A stretch of DNA of 64,000 nt, taken from Utricularia gibba. Its lineage: Eukaryota; Plantae; Magnoliophyta. The notes under the pieces were generated by a model, which was not told where the DNA came from, made no database searches, and was given only the letters and a program-made list of their open reading frames with translations. Positions 13,086 through 24,120 of the stretch are shown piece after piece. Position numbers and translations under genes: made by a program. How positions within the stretch are numbered: the first letter of the stretch is position 1; the number at the start of each line of letters is the position of its first letter. Location of the stretch: the NCBI GenBank assembly GCA_002189035.1, contig NEEC01000020.1, positions 1,915,592-1,979,591 on the forward strand, written 5' to 3'.

Positions 13086-13556
13086 AGACTCGACTCTAAA
13101 CCCTAGATTGACTCTCTGATCGCCCACACTTGACTCTTCTTCTAGGTCTTCGTGTTTGGATCTTTATATAATGGTGGGGATTTGTCGGGTTTTCTTGATG
13201 GACTCTCATCAAATCTTCTATCTGAATCTTCTAAGATTTTATACAAATCTTCTAGGATAAGATCCAAATTTTCTAAGATAAGATGTGAATCTTATCTTAT
13301 CCAAGAATCTTTGACCGAGTCTTCGTCTGGATAGACCAAATCTTTGCGTCCATCAAGGTCAACTCGAAAATCCTCCAAATAATTCCAAATTCGTCATGAA
13401 AAATCACAAAACACACTTTGCCTCCAAAAGATCAAAGTGGTATGAAAGATATAAAATTCTTCTAAAAACATAAAGAAAGTGGGATAAAAAGAATGCAAAA
13501 CTCATTTAAGTGAGTCCTAAAAAGTACAAATATAAGTGACACAAAATCACTTATCA
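13086..13556 (+). mobile_element. Probable gypsy (Athila/Tat-like) LTR 3' fragment
   Basis: Low-complexity tcttcta repeats ending in ...cacttATCA. Assigned by resemblance only. Confidence 0.35.
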
Positions 13557-14084
13557 ATATTCTTTAAATAACTTTTCTTAATCAAAAAATCACTTATAGC
13601 ACAGCGCGTAGGGGAATGATATTCTAATACCGCTCTAAGCATATCTGATCTACAACAGCCGTAAGTAACCATTGTAGGTTACCAAATAGTGAGTCATTTC
13701 TTGGTTGTCCCTACCACCCCTTATTAGATAGGCCCTCCTCAAAATACACCTTGTCAGGGAGTGTTGCTCCTCTGTTCATCCTTATCGGAGAGAGTGGAAC
13801 GCGGCAGGGATTAAAGACCACATATCCTTCTCCGTAACACCAAGTTATAAGAAGAAAATTGGCATGGGAAATTGTAGGGGTGTAAATGTTGCATTTTGAA
13901 AGGAAAAAATAAGATATTTATAGGGGTGTGGTCCACTTATTTATCAAATTCCCTCGAGTTCCTGTTCCTTCACCGTTGTCTTAGTTTCACATGCTTTTGA
14001 TTGTTTTTCTTCTCATAGTTCAATTGTCTTTTGGAATTGAATGATGCTTGCGGTTATTAGTTTTGAAATAAAAGGCACAAGTAT

Positions 14085-15133
14085 TGCATGTATGCATTTG
14101 TGAATTGTGATCTTTAGGGCTTTCTATATTATTTTTATCTAATTACCAATTAAATAATATTAAATTGGCACATTGAAAACAAAGAGGATCAAATATAGCA
14201 TTATTATAAACAATGAAGACTAAATGTGCCATTCAAATTGTAGCAGACTAAATATATCATTTATTTAAACCATGCAAATTAAAGTAAGTAGTGGGAATGC
14301 ATTATCCCATTTTGATTTGAAGACTATATTTCATTATTTGAAATAATGAAATAGCAAACATTTTCAAACAATGATGATTAATTATGTACTATATTCAAAC
14401 ACTTCAGAAGAAAAATCCTTTATGCAAAAATGTTGAGGGCTAATCATATATGATATGATAAATGATGGAGATCAAACATTTTGAGACGACAAACAATAAG
14501 GATCAATTATAAAAGAATAGGAACTAACAACACACTTTTCATTGAATAGTAGGGATCAAATTTGCCCATGAATAAATAGACTTGATTAGAGATAACATTT
14601 CTTTAATATCCAAACAGTGGGGGTAAAAAGTATTTACTTGCTTTGTCATTTACATAAACAATGAAAAGCCCATTCATATCATTTTCCATATTGAATTGGG
14701 AAAGTGTCTGCTTTAGACCGTTGTAGCTCAAATGTATATTTTACACCACAAATTTGATGTGCTTGTTCTTCATGAAGAAAGATTTGGATTTCACACTTCT
14801 TAAGGAAGTGTTTGCCACCTTCGATTTACATAGTAATGCAAAGTTTATTCTTTTGTTTGCAATGTTATGCACCACTTTTCATAGTGAAAAGTAAACCGAA
14901 CAAAACTCCCAGGCAGCTACATAAAACCACCGGAAGATTTTGAAGAGTTTAAGGGAAAGTAATGTGTTCATTGATGTCTAAATGCAAGCAAATGATTCAG
15001 ATTCTTTCAATCGGATGAACATGATGAAAGTCATAACAATGGGAGTGCAAATGAACAGAGTTGCTGTTAAAAATTGATATACCTAATTCAGTACCTGTGA
15101 AGCCTTTCCCTGAATTGTTTTCCAAGTTGCAAT
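14085..15133 (-). pseudogene. 3' remnant of a second AADC copy (last about 16 codons plus 3' flank)
   Basis: Diverged direct-repeat copy of 2710-3812. The minus strand encodes ATWKTIQGKASQVLN* (TAG 15085-15083), versus [15 protein letters not shown] in the intact gene. It is cut at 15133 by a copia LTR. Confidence 0.85.
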
Positions 15134-18100
15134 TGTTGTTGCAAGAAAAATAGAGTCTTGGGAAGTAACAAAAAAGTAATGCTTATGAGATCACATTGGA
15201 TGAAAAACAACTCATGAACAATAAGAATGATCAAAAACCCTATTGACACGCATTCCTAGTAGGATTTATATATACCCAATACCTAGGTTACCCAACAGTG
15301 GGCCACAATCGTTGAAAACACACAAAAAGCCCAACAACTCGAATCCAACACTTCCATGCTCGAACTCAACACCTTTTTATCTGAAATATAACATTATGAC
15401 ACAAGATTAGTGCTTTCAATCACCTTCAAGCTTTGGATTGAGGCTGATCTCCAACACTCCCCCCCAGACCGAGATCTCCCAACTTGAGAAAGTCTTCCAT
15501 AGTCATGAGATTCATGTTCTTCCTTGCTAGCTCAAACTGAACTCTGTTCAAACCTTTGGTGAGCCCATCAGCAAGCTGATTCCCACTCTCAACATACTGC
15601 ACTTTAATCTTCTTTTCCTTGATGTAATTCCTTATGACATGATACCTGATTCTTATGTGTTTGGCTTTGCTGAAGTTCGTCGGATCCTTGGCAATGGAGA
15701 TTACAGCTCGATTATCCATAAGCAGATGTGTAGCTTCCTTTTGTATGAATCCAAGTTCGTTTAGCATCTGCCTCAACCAAACACAATAGTTCGAAGCCTG
15801 TGCTGCTGAGATGTATTCTGCTTCAGCTGTTGATTGTGCTACCACTTTTTGTTTCTTCGAAAACCAGACTATAGGGGTCTTGTTTAAGAAGAAGAGTGCA
15901 CCTGATGTACTCTTGCTATCTTCAGCCATACCATAATCACTATCTGAGTAGGCTCTAAGTTTCAAGACTGGTTTTTCACCTTCATAAGGATAGAACAATT
16001 CGAAATCAGTAGTAGATTTTATTTACCTGAAAGCTCTTTTCACAGCTGCCATGTGAGTTGTTGTTGGTTTATTGAGGAAGCGAGATGAGACATTTACACA
16101 AAAACACAGGTCAAACCTTGTATGCTGGAGATAAATGAGGCTTCCAATCATACTTCTATAAGTAGTAGAATCCACATTCCTTCTCTGATTGTTCTCACCA
16201 ATCACCTGTTTGTAATCCAAAGGGGTTTTTGTAGGATTGACATCTTTGAACCCAAACCTTTCAAGAAGTTCATTACAATACTTCTTCTGAGATATGAATG
16301 TTCTAACACCTGCAAGTTGATGAATTTCCATGCCTAGATAGTAGGACATCATTCCAAGGTCAGTCATCTTGAATTCATTTTTGAGAAGGGCTTTGAATTC
16401 TTCAATCTTCCTTTCATCACCTGAACTAATCATAAGATCATCCACATATACGCTAACAAATAAACGATCATCTCCCTTTCCTTTAACGTAAAATGAGTAA
16501 TCACTATATGTTTTTCTCAAACCAATACCCTGGAGAAAGTTATCCATGCGTTCATTCCATGCTCTAGGAGCTTGCTTCAACTGATAGAGAGATTTCTTTA
16601 ACTTCAATACCTTGTCTTCATGACCTGACACTTCGAAGCCCTTTGGTTGTTCAACAAAAACAACCTCCTCCAACACACCATTCAAGAATGCAGTCTTGAC
16701 ATCCATGTGATGCACTTTCCATCTATGAGCAGTTGAAATGGCAAGAAGTACTTTAATCGTGTCAAATCTTGCTACCAGTGCAAAAATCTCATGAAAATTT
16801 ATTCCTTTGATCTGACTATATCCCTTGGCTACTAATCTAGCCTTATATTTGTTGATAGAACCATCTGCATTCATCTTGGTTTTGAATAACCACTTGAGGT
16901 CAATAGGTTTGAAACCCCTATCCTTGGGTTTATCCACTAACTCCCATGTTTCATTTTCAAGTATAGAATTCATTTCTTCCTTCATGGTCTCTCTCCATTT
17001 CGGATTTTGTACAGCCACTTCAAATGATGTTGGATCTCCTGTCAATAATCCAGCCAAAATATCAGCTACAGCATCTTGGACATCATCATTCAACTTGGAG
17101 AAACTTATTGTAGGAGCCTTGTTTCTTTTGCTTCTTCTAATGTCCGTAACATGACTATCTTCATTATCTATTGAATCTCTTATGTTTTTGCATTTCCTCC
17201 TTTGCCAATCACGATCAGATGGGTAATAATCTTCATCATCAGTATCAGGTTCCTCTTCATCAGATTCATCTGTTGATGAGTCTTCTGCATTCGTGCCTTG
17301 CTCCTCTTCTGGATTTCGAAATTCCCATCTGAATGCAAATCATTGGCCTGATGAGATTGTCCATATAGGGGTTCAGAGTTTGATTCTGAATTCTCATTGG
17401 ACAAGTCATCTTGATTTGTGACCTTCTCCTCCTCTAGAGCTGGAAAATTCTCATCTGAATGCTGATCATTTACTTGATTTGAATCTTCATGAACGAGTTC
17501 TGAAGTTTCTTGGTTTGTTGAATTCCTCGAAGAGAAGTTTTGAGGCATGTGTGTCTAGAGGTCTCTTTTCACATGGGTGCTATGCCTTCCATGACTTTTA
17601 TGAGCTTTTGCATCATTCAGAGAAATGCAATTATCAATTAAAGTATACCTTGCACCTTTATCAAAAGTGACATCATGGTTGAAGATAAATTTCTTCTGTT
17701 GAGGTAGATAAACTTTATATCCCTTATTAGTGTTGCTATAACCAACAAATACACAAGATACAGATTTCTTATCAAGTTTTTCTCGTTTTTGGTCTGTTAC
17801 ATGAATAAAACACAGACTACCAAAGATTCTGAGATGATCAACCTTTTTAATATAACCATGCCATTTTTCATGTGAAGTTTTTCCACTAATCGCCCTTGAG
17901 GGAATCAAGTTCAATAGATATACATATGTAGATACCGCTTCAGCCCAGAAATTTACAGGAAGATCTTTCTCAAACAATAGGCATCTTGACATATCAAGGA
18001 TTGTTCTGTTTCTCCTTTCACATATACCATTCTGTTGTGGAGAATATGGTACGGTGAATTGATGCATGACTCCCTCATTTTCACAAAACATTCTCATGCT

Positions 18101-20930
18101 ATTATTATAGAATTCCCCTCCATTGTTTGACCTAATTATCTTTAAGGAGCATCCACTCTGATTCTCAATCATCACTTTGAATTTTTGAAAGATATGAGGA
18201 GCTTCTGACTTGCTTTTAATAAAGTAAACCCAACAATAACGTGATTAATCATCAATAAATGTAACAAAATATCTACTCTCCCCCAATGAACATTCCTTAA
18301 ATGGTCCACAAACATCTGTATGCACAAGCTCTAATTTCTCCTTTGCTATTGAATCACTGGAATAAAAGGGCTTTCTACACTGTTTACCTTGATGGCACAC
18401 TTCACATATGGCATCGGCAAACTTGATATCTTTCAATTCTAGTATCACAACATACATGATAGGAGGTGCCAGAGTCCAAGTACCAGCCTTTAGCATCTGA
18501 GGCTACTGTCAATAAAGCACACTCATACTCAAAAGGATTTTCAAAAGTTATTTCTGGCTCATCTTCAAAGTAGGTAAAGGATGCATGTGATTTCTCATCT
18601 TTGGAAGTAGCCTTCTTGTTATGCTCAATTTTGATTGGATTTGACATTCCACATACCTTGTCAAGATGACCTATTTGATTGCATTTCGTGCACAAAGCAT
18701 CAGGCTTCCACCAACAAAACTCACTCCTGTGATTCTGTTTATTGCAATGCTTGCAAGCATTTGTGCTGAAAGTTCAACAATATTCACTCTTGTGGTTGGA
18801 TTTATCACAATGCCTGCACTTCTTATTACCCATCGTTGATGTTGGGAATGACGTTGGTGAATGTTTGATGGCTGTTGACTTGATATCCTTGACATTGTTA
18901 ATTGCACCTGAGTTTATATTCATATTCTGCATTTTTGTAAGGAGAGCAGCTTCACCATAAGCTTTCTCAACTTCATAACCACCTCTTAGTTCCAATCTCT
19001 TTTGTATAGATTGCAACTCAATCATGAACTCTCTAAATGTTGGCTCTGGTGTAACAGGATATTCAGAATACAGCTGATGGAGCTTTCATTCCATGTCACA
19101 AGACTGATGATGCTTCGCTTGTTGCCGATTTATTCTTCATGGAGATTGTTCGGCTTCATGGTATGCCATTTACCATTGTAAGTGATCGTGACACAAAGTT
19201 TCTTAGCCACTTTTGGCGTACACTTTGGAGTAAGTTGGGTTTAGCATACAATAGAGCAGTACATTCTTCTACTCATTGTTCTCCTTTTGAAATTGTGTAT
19301 GGTTTTAATCCTCGTGCTCCTATAGACTTGTTGCCCTTGCCATCTGATGAATTTCGTAGTTTTGATGCCATCAGAACACTGCATGAGAAGGTTCGAAATC
19401 AATTGGAAGCCAAAAACAGGGAGTATGCAGCTAAAGCTAATAAACATAGGAAGAAAGTTACTCTACAACCAGGAGATTGGGTTTGGGTACATTTTCGAAA
19501 GGAAAGATTTCCAAGCAAGAGACATTCAAAGCTTTCACCCAAAGGAGATGGATCCTTTCAAGTCATTGAGAAAATCAATGAAAATGCTTATAAGATTGAT
19601 CTTCCAGGTGAGTTTTCGGTGCACTCCACGTTCAATATTGCTGACTTAGTTCCTTGTGATGTAGATGGTGATGATTCAAGGATGAATCTGCTAAAGGAAG
19701 GGGGATGATGAGATCATGGATGCTGTAGATTATCACAATGAAGATAAGGTTTACAAGATCAATAATCTAACATTGATTTCAGTTGGGCCAATCATTAGAT
19801 TAAGAGCAAGAAGGAATCAGGAAGCGCTTAAGAGCTTATGGGCCAATCAACCAAGCTATGAGGTGTTTGGCATGGAATTCAACATTCTCAAAGTGCATCA
19901 ACTTGATTAGAGAAGACCTATTATTTCCAAATACATTATTATTACTACTTTTCCTGTAATAAGTCCCAATCGTTCATCTATAAAAGAAGGCCTTACTCAT
20001 GTTTTGGACAACTTGAATTGTAATAACTTTTGAGAGCAAATTCTCCTTCTTTGAGTTCTTGTAGAACTTAGAGTTATCAAGCCTTGTTTGTGGTGTCTAG
20101 TGTGTGGTTTATCACTCCCAGTTCCTTCCTTGATTCTGTGAGTGTGGTACCATTTCATAGTTTGGGTTGCAATAATCTTTCAATCCTTGAGGGCCAACTT
20201 CTTTTTCTTGAAGGATTGCTTCTTTTCAGCCAAGATCTGGTTTGCCAATCACTTGTTGATTGGAGGGTCATATCACATGATACAAGGCATTCATTGCTTC
20301 ATCTTTTCTCTGTTGAAGATACTCAGCTTCCTCTTGCTGTTTTGATGTGGATTTGCTTGCTATTGTAATAGCCGAAATCTCCCTTTCTACAACATCCCAA
20401 ATCTTTCTGAACGAAGGTAGCTACGCATCTTTTTGACCCCGCCCATACTCAGAACCATCAAATATTGGAGGTCCTCTACCAGATGCCATCATAGCCACTG
20501 TTTGACAAGTTTTTGGTTGATATTTGGTAATCCACTAAGTAAAAAACGTTGTACGGTAAATAATATACTGAAACAAACAGAGTTTTGAGAACCTTACTGC
20601 CATGATACCATGTTGAAACAAGAAAGATAGCGTTTTTGGAAGGAACAAAAGTGTAATGCTTATGAGATCACCTTGGATGAAAAACTCATGAACAATAAGA
20701 ATGACAGAAAACCATATTGACACGCATTTCTAGTAAAGTTTATATTTATCCAATACCTGGGTTACCCAATAGTGGGCCAAAATTATTGAAAACACACAAA
20801 AAGCCCAACAACTCGAACCCAACACTTCCGTGCTCGAACCCAACTTCTTTTTATCTGAAACATGACATTATGATACAAGATTAATGTTTCCAATCACCTT
20901 CAATCTTTAGATTGAGGCTGACCTCCAACA
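15134..20930 (-). mobile_element. Ty1/copia element copy B with two ~320-bp LTRs (15134-15456 and 20611-20930), internal deletion and a gypsy fragment in gag
   Basis: TGTTG...CAACA LTR termini; PBS tggtatca at 20610; PPT ggtctggggggag at about 15457-15470; RT ORF 16023-17093 (YVDD); RNase H ORF 15426-15998; integrase ORF 17555-18175. No matching TSD. Confidence 0.92.
19091..20275 (+). mobile_element. CRM-type gypsy integrase C-terminus plus 3' LTR (19706-20275) inside copia gag
   Basis: ORF 19139-19708 ([17 protein letters not shown]...[14 protein letters not shown]...[15 protein letters not shown]); PPT aaaggaaggggga; LTR TGATG...TATCA containing a GPIIRLRARR CR-motif-like segment. Confidence 0.88.
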
Positions 20931-21270
20931 GGTTCCACCAAAGGTGGGCAGCTCCTCCCAGGTTGTAGATTTACCCCTAAATGAGGATCCAGAGACGGCT
21001 ACACCTGTGCTTTAACAGCTAAGATGATCAGCACGATAATCTTATTCTTGTCACAGAAGAAGGTGAACCAAAATCAGTGGAGGATGTGATGCGGTCACCG
21101 GATAAAGGAAAATGGCTAGAAGCAATGAGGGATGAGATGCAATCTCTGTGGAAGAATAAGACATACATACTCACAGAACTACATGTGGGAAGGATAGCAA
21201 TGGATAATAAATGGATCTTCAAGCTGAAGAAAAATCCTAATGGCACCATACTAAAGCAAGGATTGTGGTA
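20931..21270 (+). mobile_element. Ty1/copia RT-start fragment
   Basis: EEGEPKSVEDVMRSPDKGKWLEAMRDEMQSLWKNKTY...KWIFKLK. Confidence 0.75.
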
Positions 21271-22539
21271 AGTAAGCCCATAATGTAAAAATGGGCTGCT
21301 CAATAACAGGCTGCTCAATGAGATGCGCCTGATTGTCACCTCCCACCACATCTACAATTCGTGGAAGTGGAATATATCGAGCAGGGGTGGAGCCTGATCC
21401 AAGGAGGGGAGTTCTGTTTGAACGTTGGAAATGGTGGATCAACACAGCAGCTACAGGAGGAGTGATCACAAGGAATGTGTGTTTCCTGCGCTGAGTGTGC
21501 CTTGTAGTTGCTCTATGTGTGTTGATCAAGTGTGGTTCCTCTTGTTTGTAGTGAACTCTGAAATATGGGGTGACTAACCAGATAACAGAAGGTTTTGCCA
21601 GCCAAGGTGTTGGGTTTTTTACTTGAAACATTTTTCGCACATTCAACTGAGTTTACAGGGTCTCATAATTGATAAACAATAAGGTTTTTCCTTCAAGAAT
21701 TTGAGCAATGGTGGTATAATTTACTTTGTTGTTTGGTAGGTAATCTAGCAATGAATTTCCTAGTGAAGTCATCCTCCACCCCAAGAAGAAGGTAGTGACA
21801 CTTGTCAAATAATTCAAATAAAATTTAAAAAATCTAAATTTCTTCGACAACTAACAGTAAAAGTATTGTTCCCAAAATATATTACATAAATTTTTAAGAC
21901 TCTTGAGTAAGACCTTTTTTATATAACTAAAAAGTTAGTCTATTCAAAGGAGAAGTCTGATAACATTTATGGAATGGTAAAAAAGAACCATGGGTCATTT
22001 TGATAAGATTGAAATTATTGCTATGTTGCAGTGATTATTGCAAATGAAATTATCAAAGAATTGGTCCTCTAAAAAATCATTAGTCCCCTTATCTCTAACA
22101 CCAATGATCACTCATGGAAATCCTATAATATTTCATAAAGTCATCGACATAGATTTTAATTTCAGATTTCAATTTTAGGGACAGTTCCTTTAAAGGTCCA
22201 CATAAATCGTTTGGATGACGTTCAGTTTGTCATCACTGCAACTCATACTCAGATAAATGGTCTATCACATTCTTCACAACAGTATTTAAAGAACAATATT
22301 TCTTAGTTTTCCGATTTCTCCCTTCTATTATAATAGTTTGAGATTTCTTATTCCATAACGACCAAGTCTCTTATGCAACATTTGTGATTTTTCAAAATCA
22401 GAGAAAACTACTTTTTGTGTTCCAGCAGGTTTGAATTGATACAAGTTATCGCTCATTCTAGTAGCCACCATTGAATTTTTGGTTCACAATTTCATAATCT
22501 TTACTCCATTTTCCAATAGTACCAATTGAAATTTCTGAT

Positions 22540-22700
22540 TTTGTAACTAACCTAGGCTTAGAAGATTCTGAACCACTTCTGGAGCATAACAGACTTCTGC
22601 AATCACTACAAATCCTCCGGAAATAGATAGTTGAATTTTCCCTTTTCCCAATATCCTACAGAACTCTTCATCATCGATCAGGCTCCATGTACTCCACTTC
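22540..22700 (-). mobile_element. Degenerate copia protease-region fragment
   Basis: GKGKIQL...EVCYAPEVVQNLLSLG resembles the post-protease V.YVP.L..NLLS.G motif. Confidence 0.5.
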
Positions 22701-23399
22701 CACCAATTGTGGATGTAGTGGGTGGTAACTGTCAGGTGCATCTCACGCCTCAATTTGAGCCTGTTATTGAAAGCCCATTTGAACATTATGTGCTTACTTA
22801 CGTCCTACACATGTTGCATTTGGGTTATAGAAGCAAGTATCCGGTGTGTGGTAATGCCTAGAGCAACGTACTTGGTGTTTGATTTTTTGGACTAGCAAAT
22901 TTTTTACGAATGAACCCGCTTTTCCGTAGAAGGAAGATACAAATTCAGTTAGTTTCCTTCAATGGGCTGGAAGTGATATTGGGCCCCACAAGATGATATT
23001 ATATTGCTGGGCCATTTTGTGATCAGTTGTGATAATGGGATGATGCAGCAATGGTATGGGTGCCCATTTGAAGGGGTATATGGTTTCTGTTTGGGAGCAT
23101 GATCGCTGGTACAATGGTGAGGAAATCATTGTTGCTGAGTGTGTGAGTGCATGTAATTGCTATTGGTGTACCAGAGCTTGTGAGCTGTTGTAATTCTGGT
23201 TCCATGTTTTTAATTGCTACTCTTCCAAAGGGTGAATCCAAGCCTAAGGTGTTTCCCAGTTTTCTGGGTTTTACCTCGTAAAAATGCAGGTGTCTTGCAT
23301 ATTAATACTAAATCATTCCAAGGTCGTAAAAACAGCCAAAGTTCATCGCAAATTTGGAGCTTGTGATACAATTAATTTTCGAATTGATATCAGAGGTAT

Positions 23400-24090
23400 A
23401 GATGAAGATTAAATCCATTCTAATGTGCAAAGACTTATGGCATCCTGTAATCAGCAGCTCCAACAGACCTGCGAATGTTGAGGAGGCAGATTGGTGTACC
23501 GTTTACATTTAGAGGCAGTAGCCATTATGAATTTATGTATTGACAACAAATTTTAAGGCATTATCCGGTCTGAACATTTATGGCGCAACATCTGTTGAAA
23601 GCGTTAAAAGACATGTTCAGACCGGATAATACCTTAAACAAACTTACTTTGTATCAAAGTATATCTAGATTGAAATAAAAAGATGGGTGATTCCGTCTCG
23701 GAGGATTTGACCAGGCTTAAGGACATTGTGAATCGCATGGTATAGGTGAAAATGAGTTTTGATGAAGAAATTTAAACAATACAACTGATGGGTACTCTAC
23801 CGGACTTGTGGGAGAGACTTGTTATTGCCTTGAGCAATTTTGTGCATGGTGGTATGAAATTCGATGCCGCTGTATCATCGCTGTACGAGGAGCACACGAG
23901 ACGAAATGCAGGAATTGAGAAATATAGTGGCTCTAAATCCACATTGACGTATAATGAGGGAACTCATAGAGGCCGAACAACTAAGGGAGGTAATAGTAAA
24001 GGGAGAGCTAAGTCCTAGCAGCATGAACAATTTCAAAGTAAGACAGGAAAGCATACAAGGCATAAGAAGAGGCATAAGGAGAAGCGTAAA
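23400..24090 (+). mobile_element. Degenerate copia gag fragment, related to 8370-8900, with an internal 25-bp-arm hairpin
   Basis: LWHPV...RPANVEEADW, MFRPDN, LPDLWERLVIALSN; multiple stops. Confidence 0.7.
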
Positions 24091-24120
24091 TGATAGTATG
24101 TTTTTATTGTGAAAAGAAGG

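Noticed and set aside
23020-23260. Cys/Trp-rich reading (…AECVSACNCYWCTRACELL*) as a secreted peptide gene
   Set aside because: No signal peptide or clear gene structure, and it lies among TE relics.
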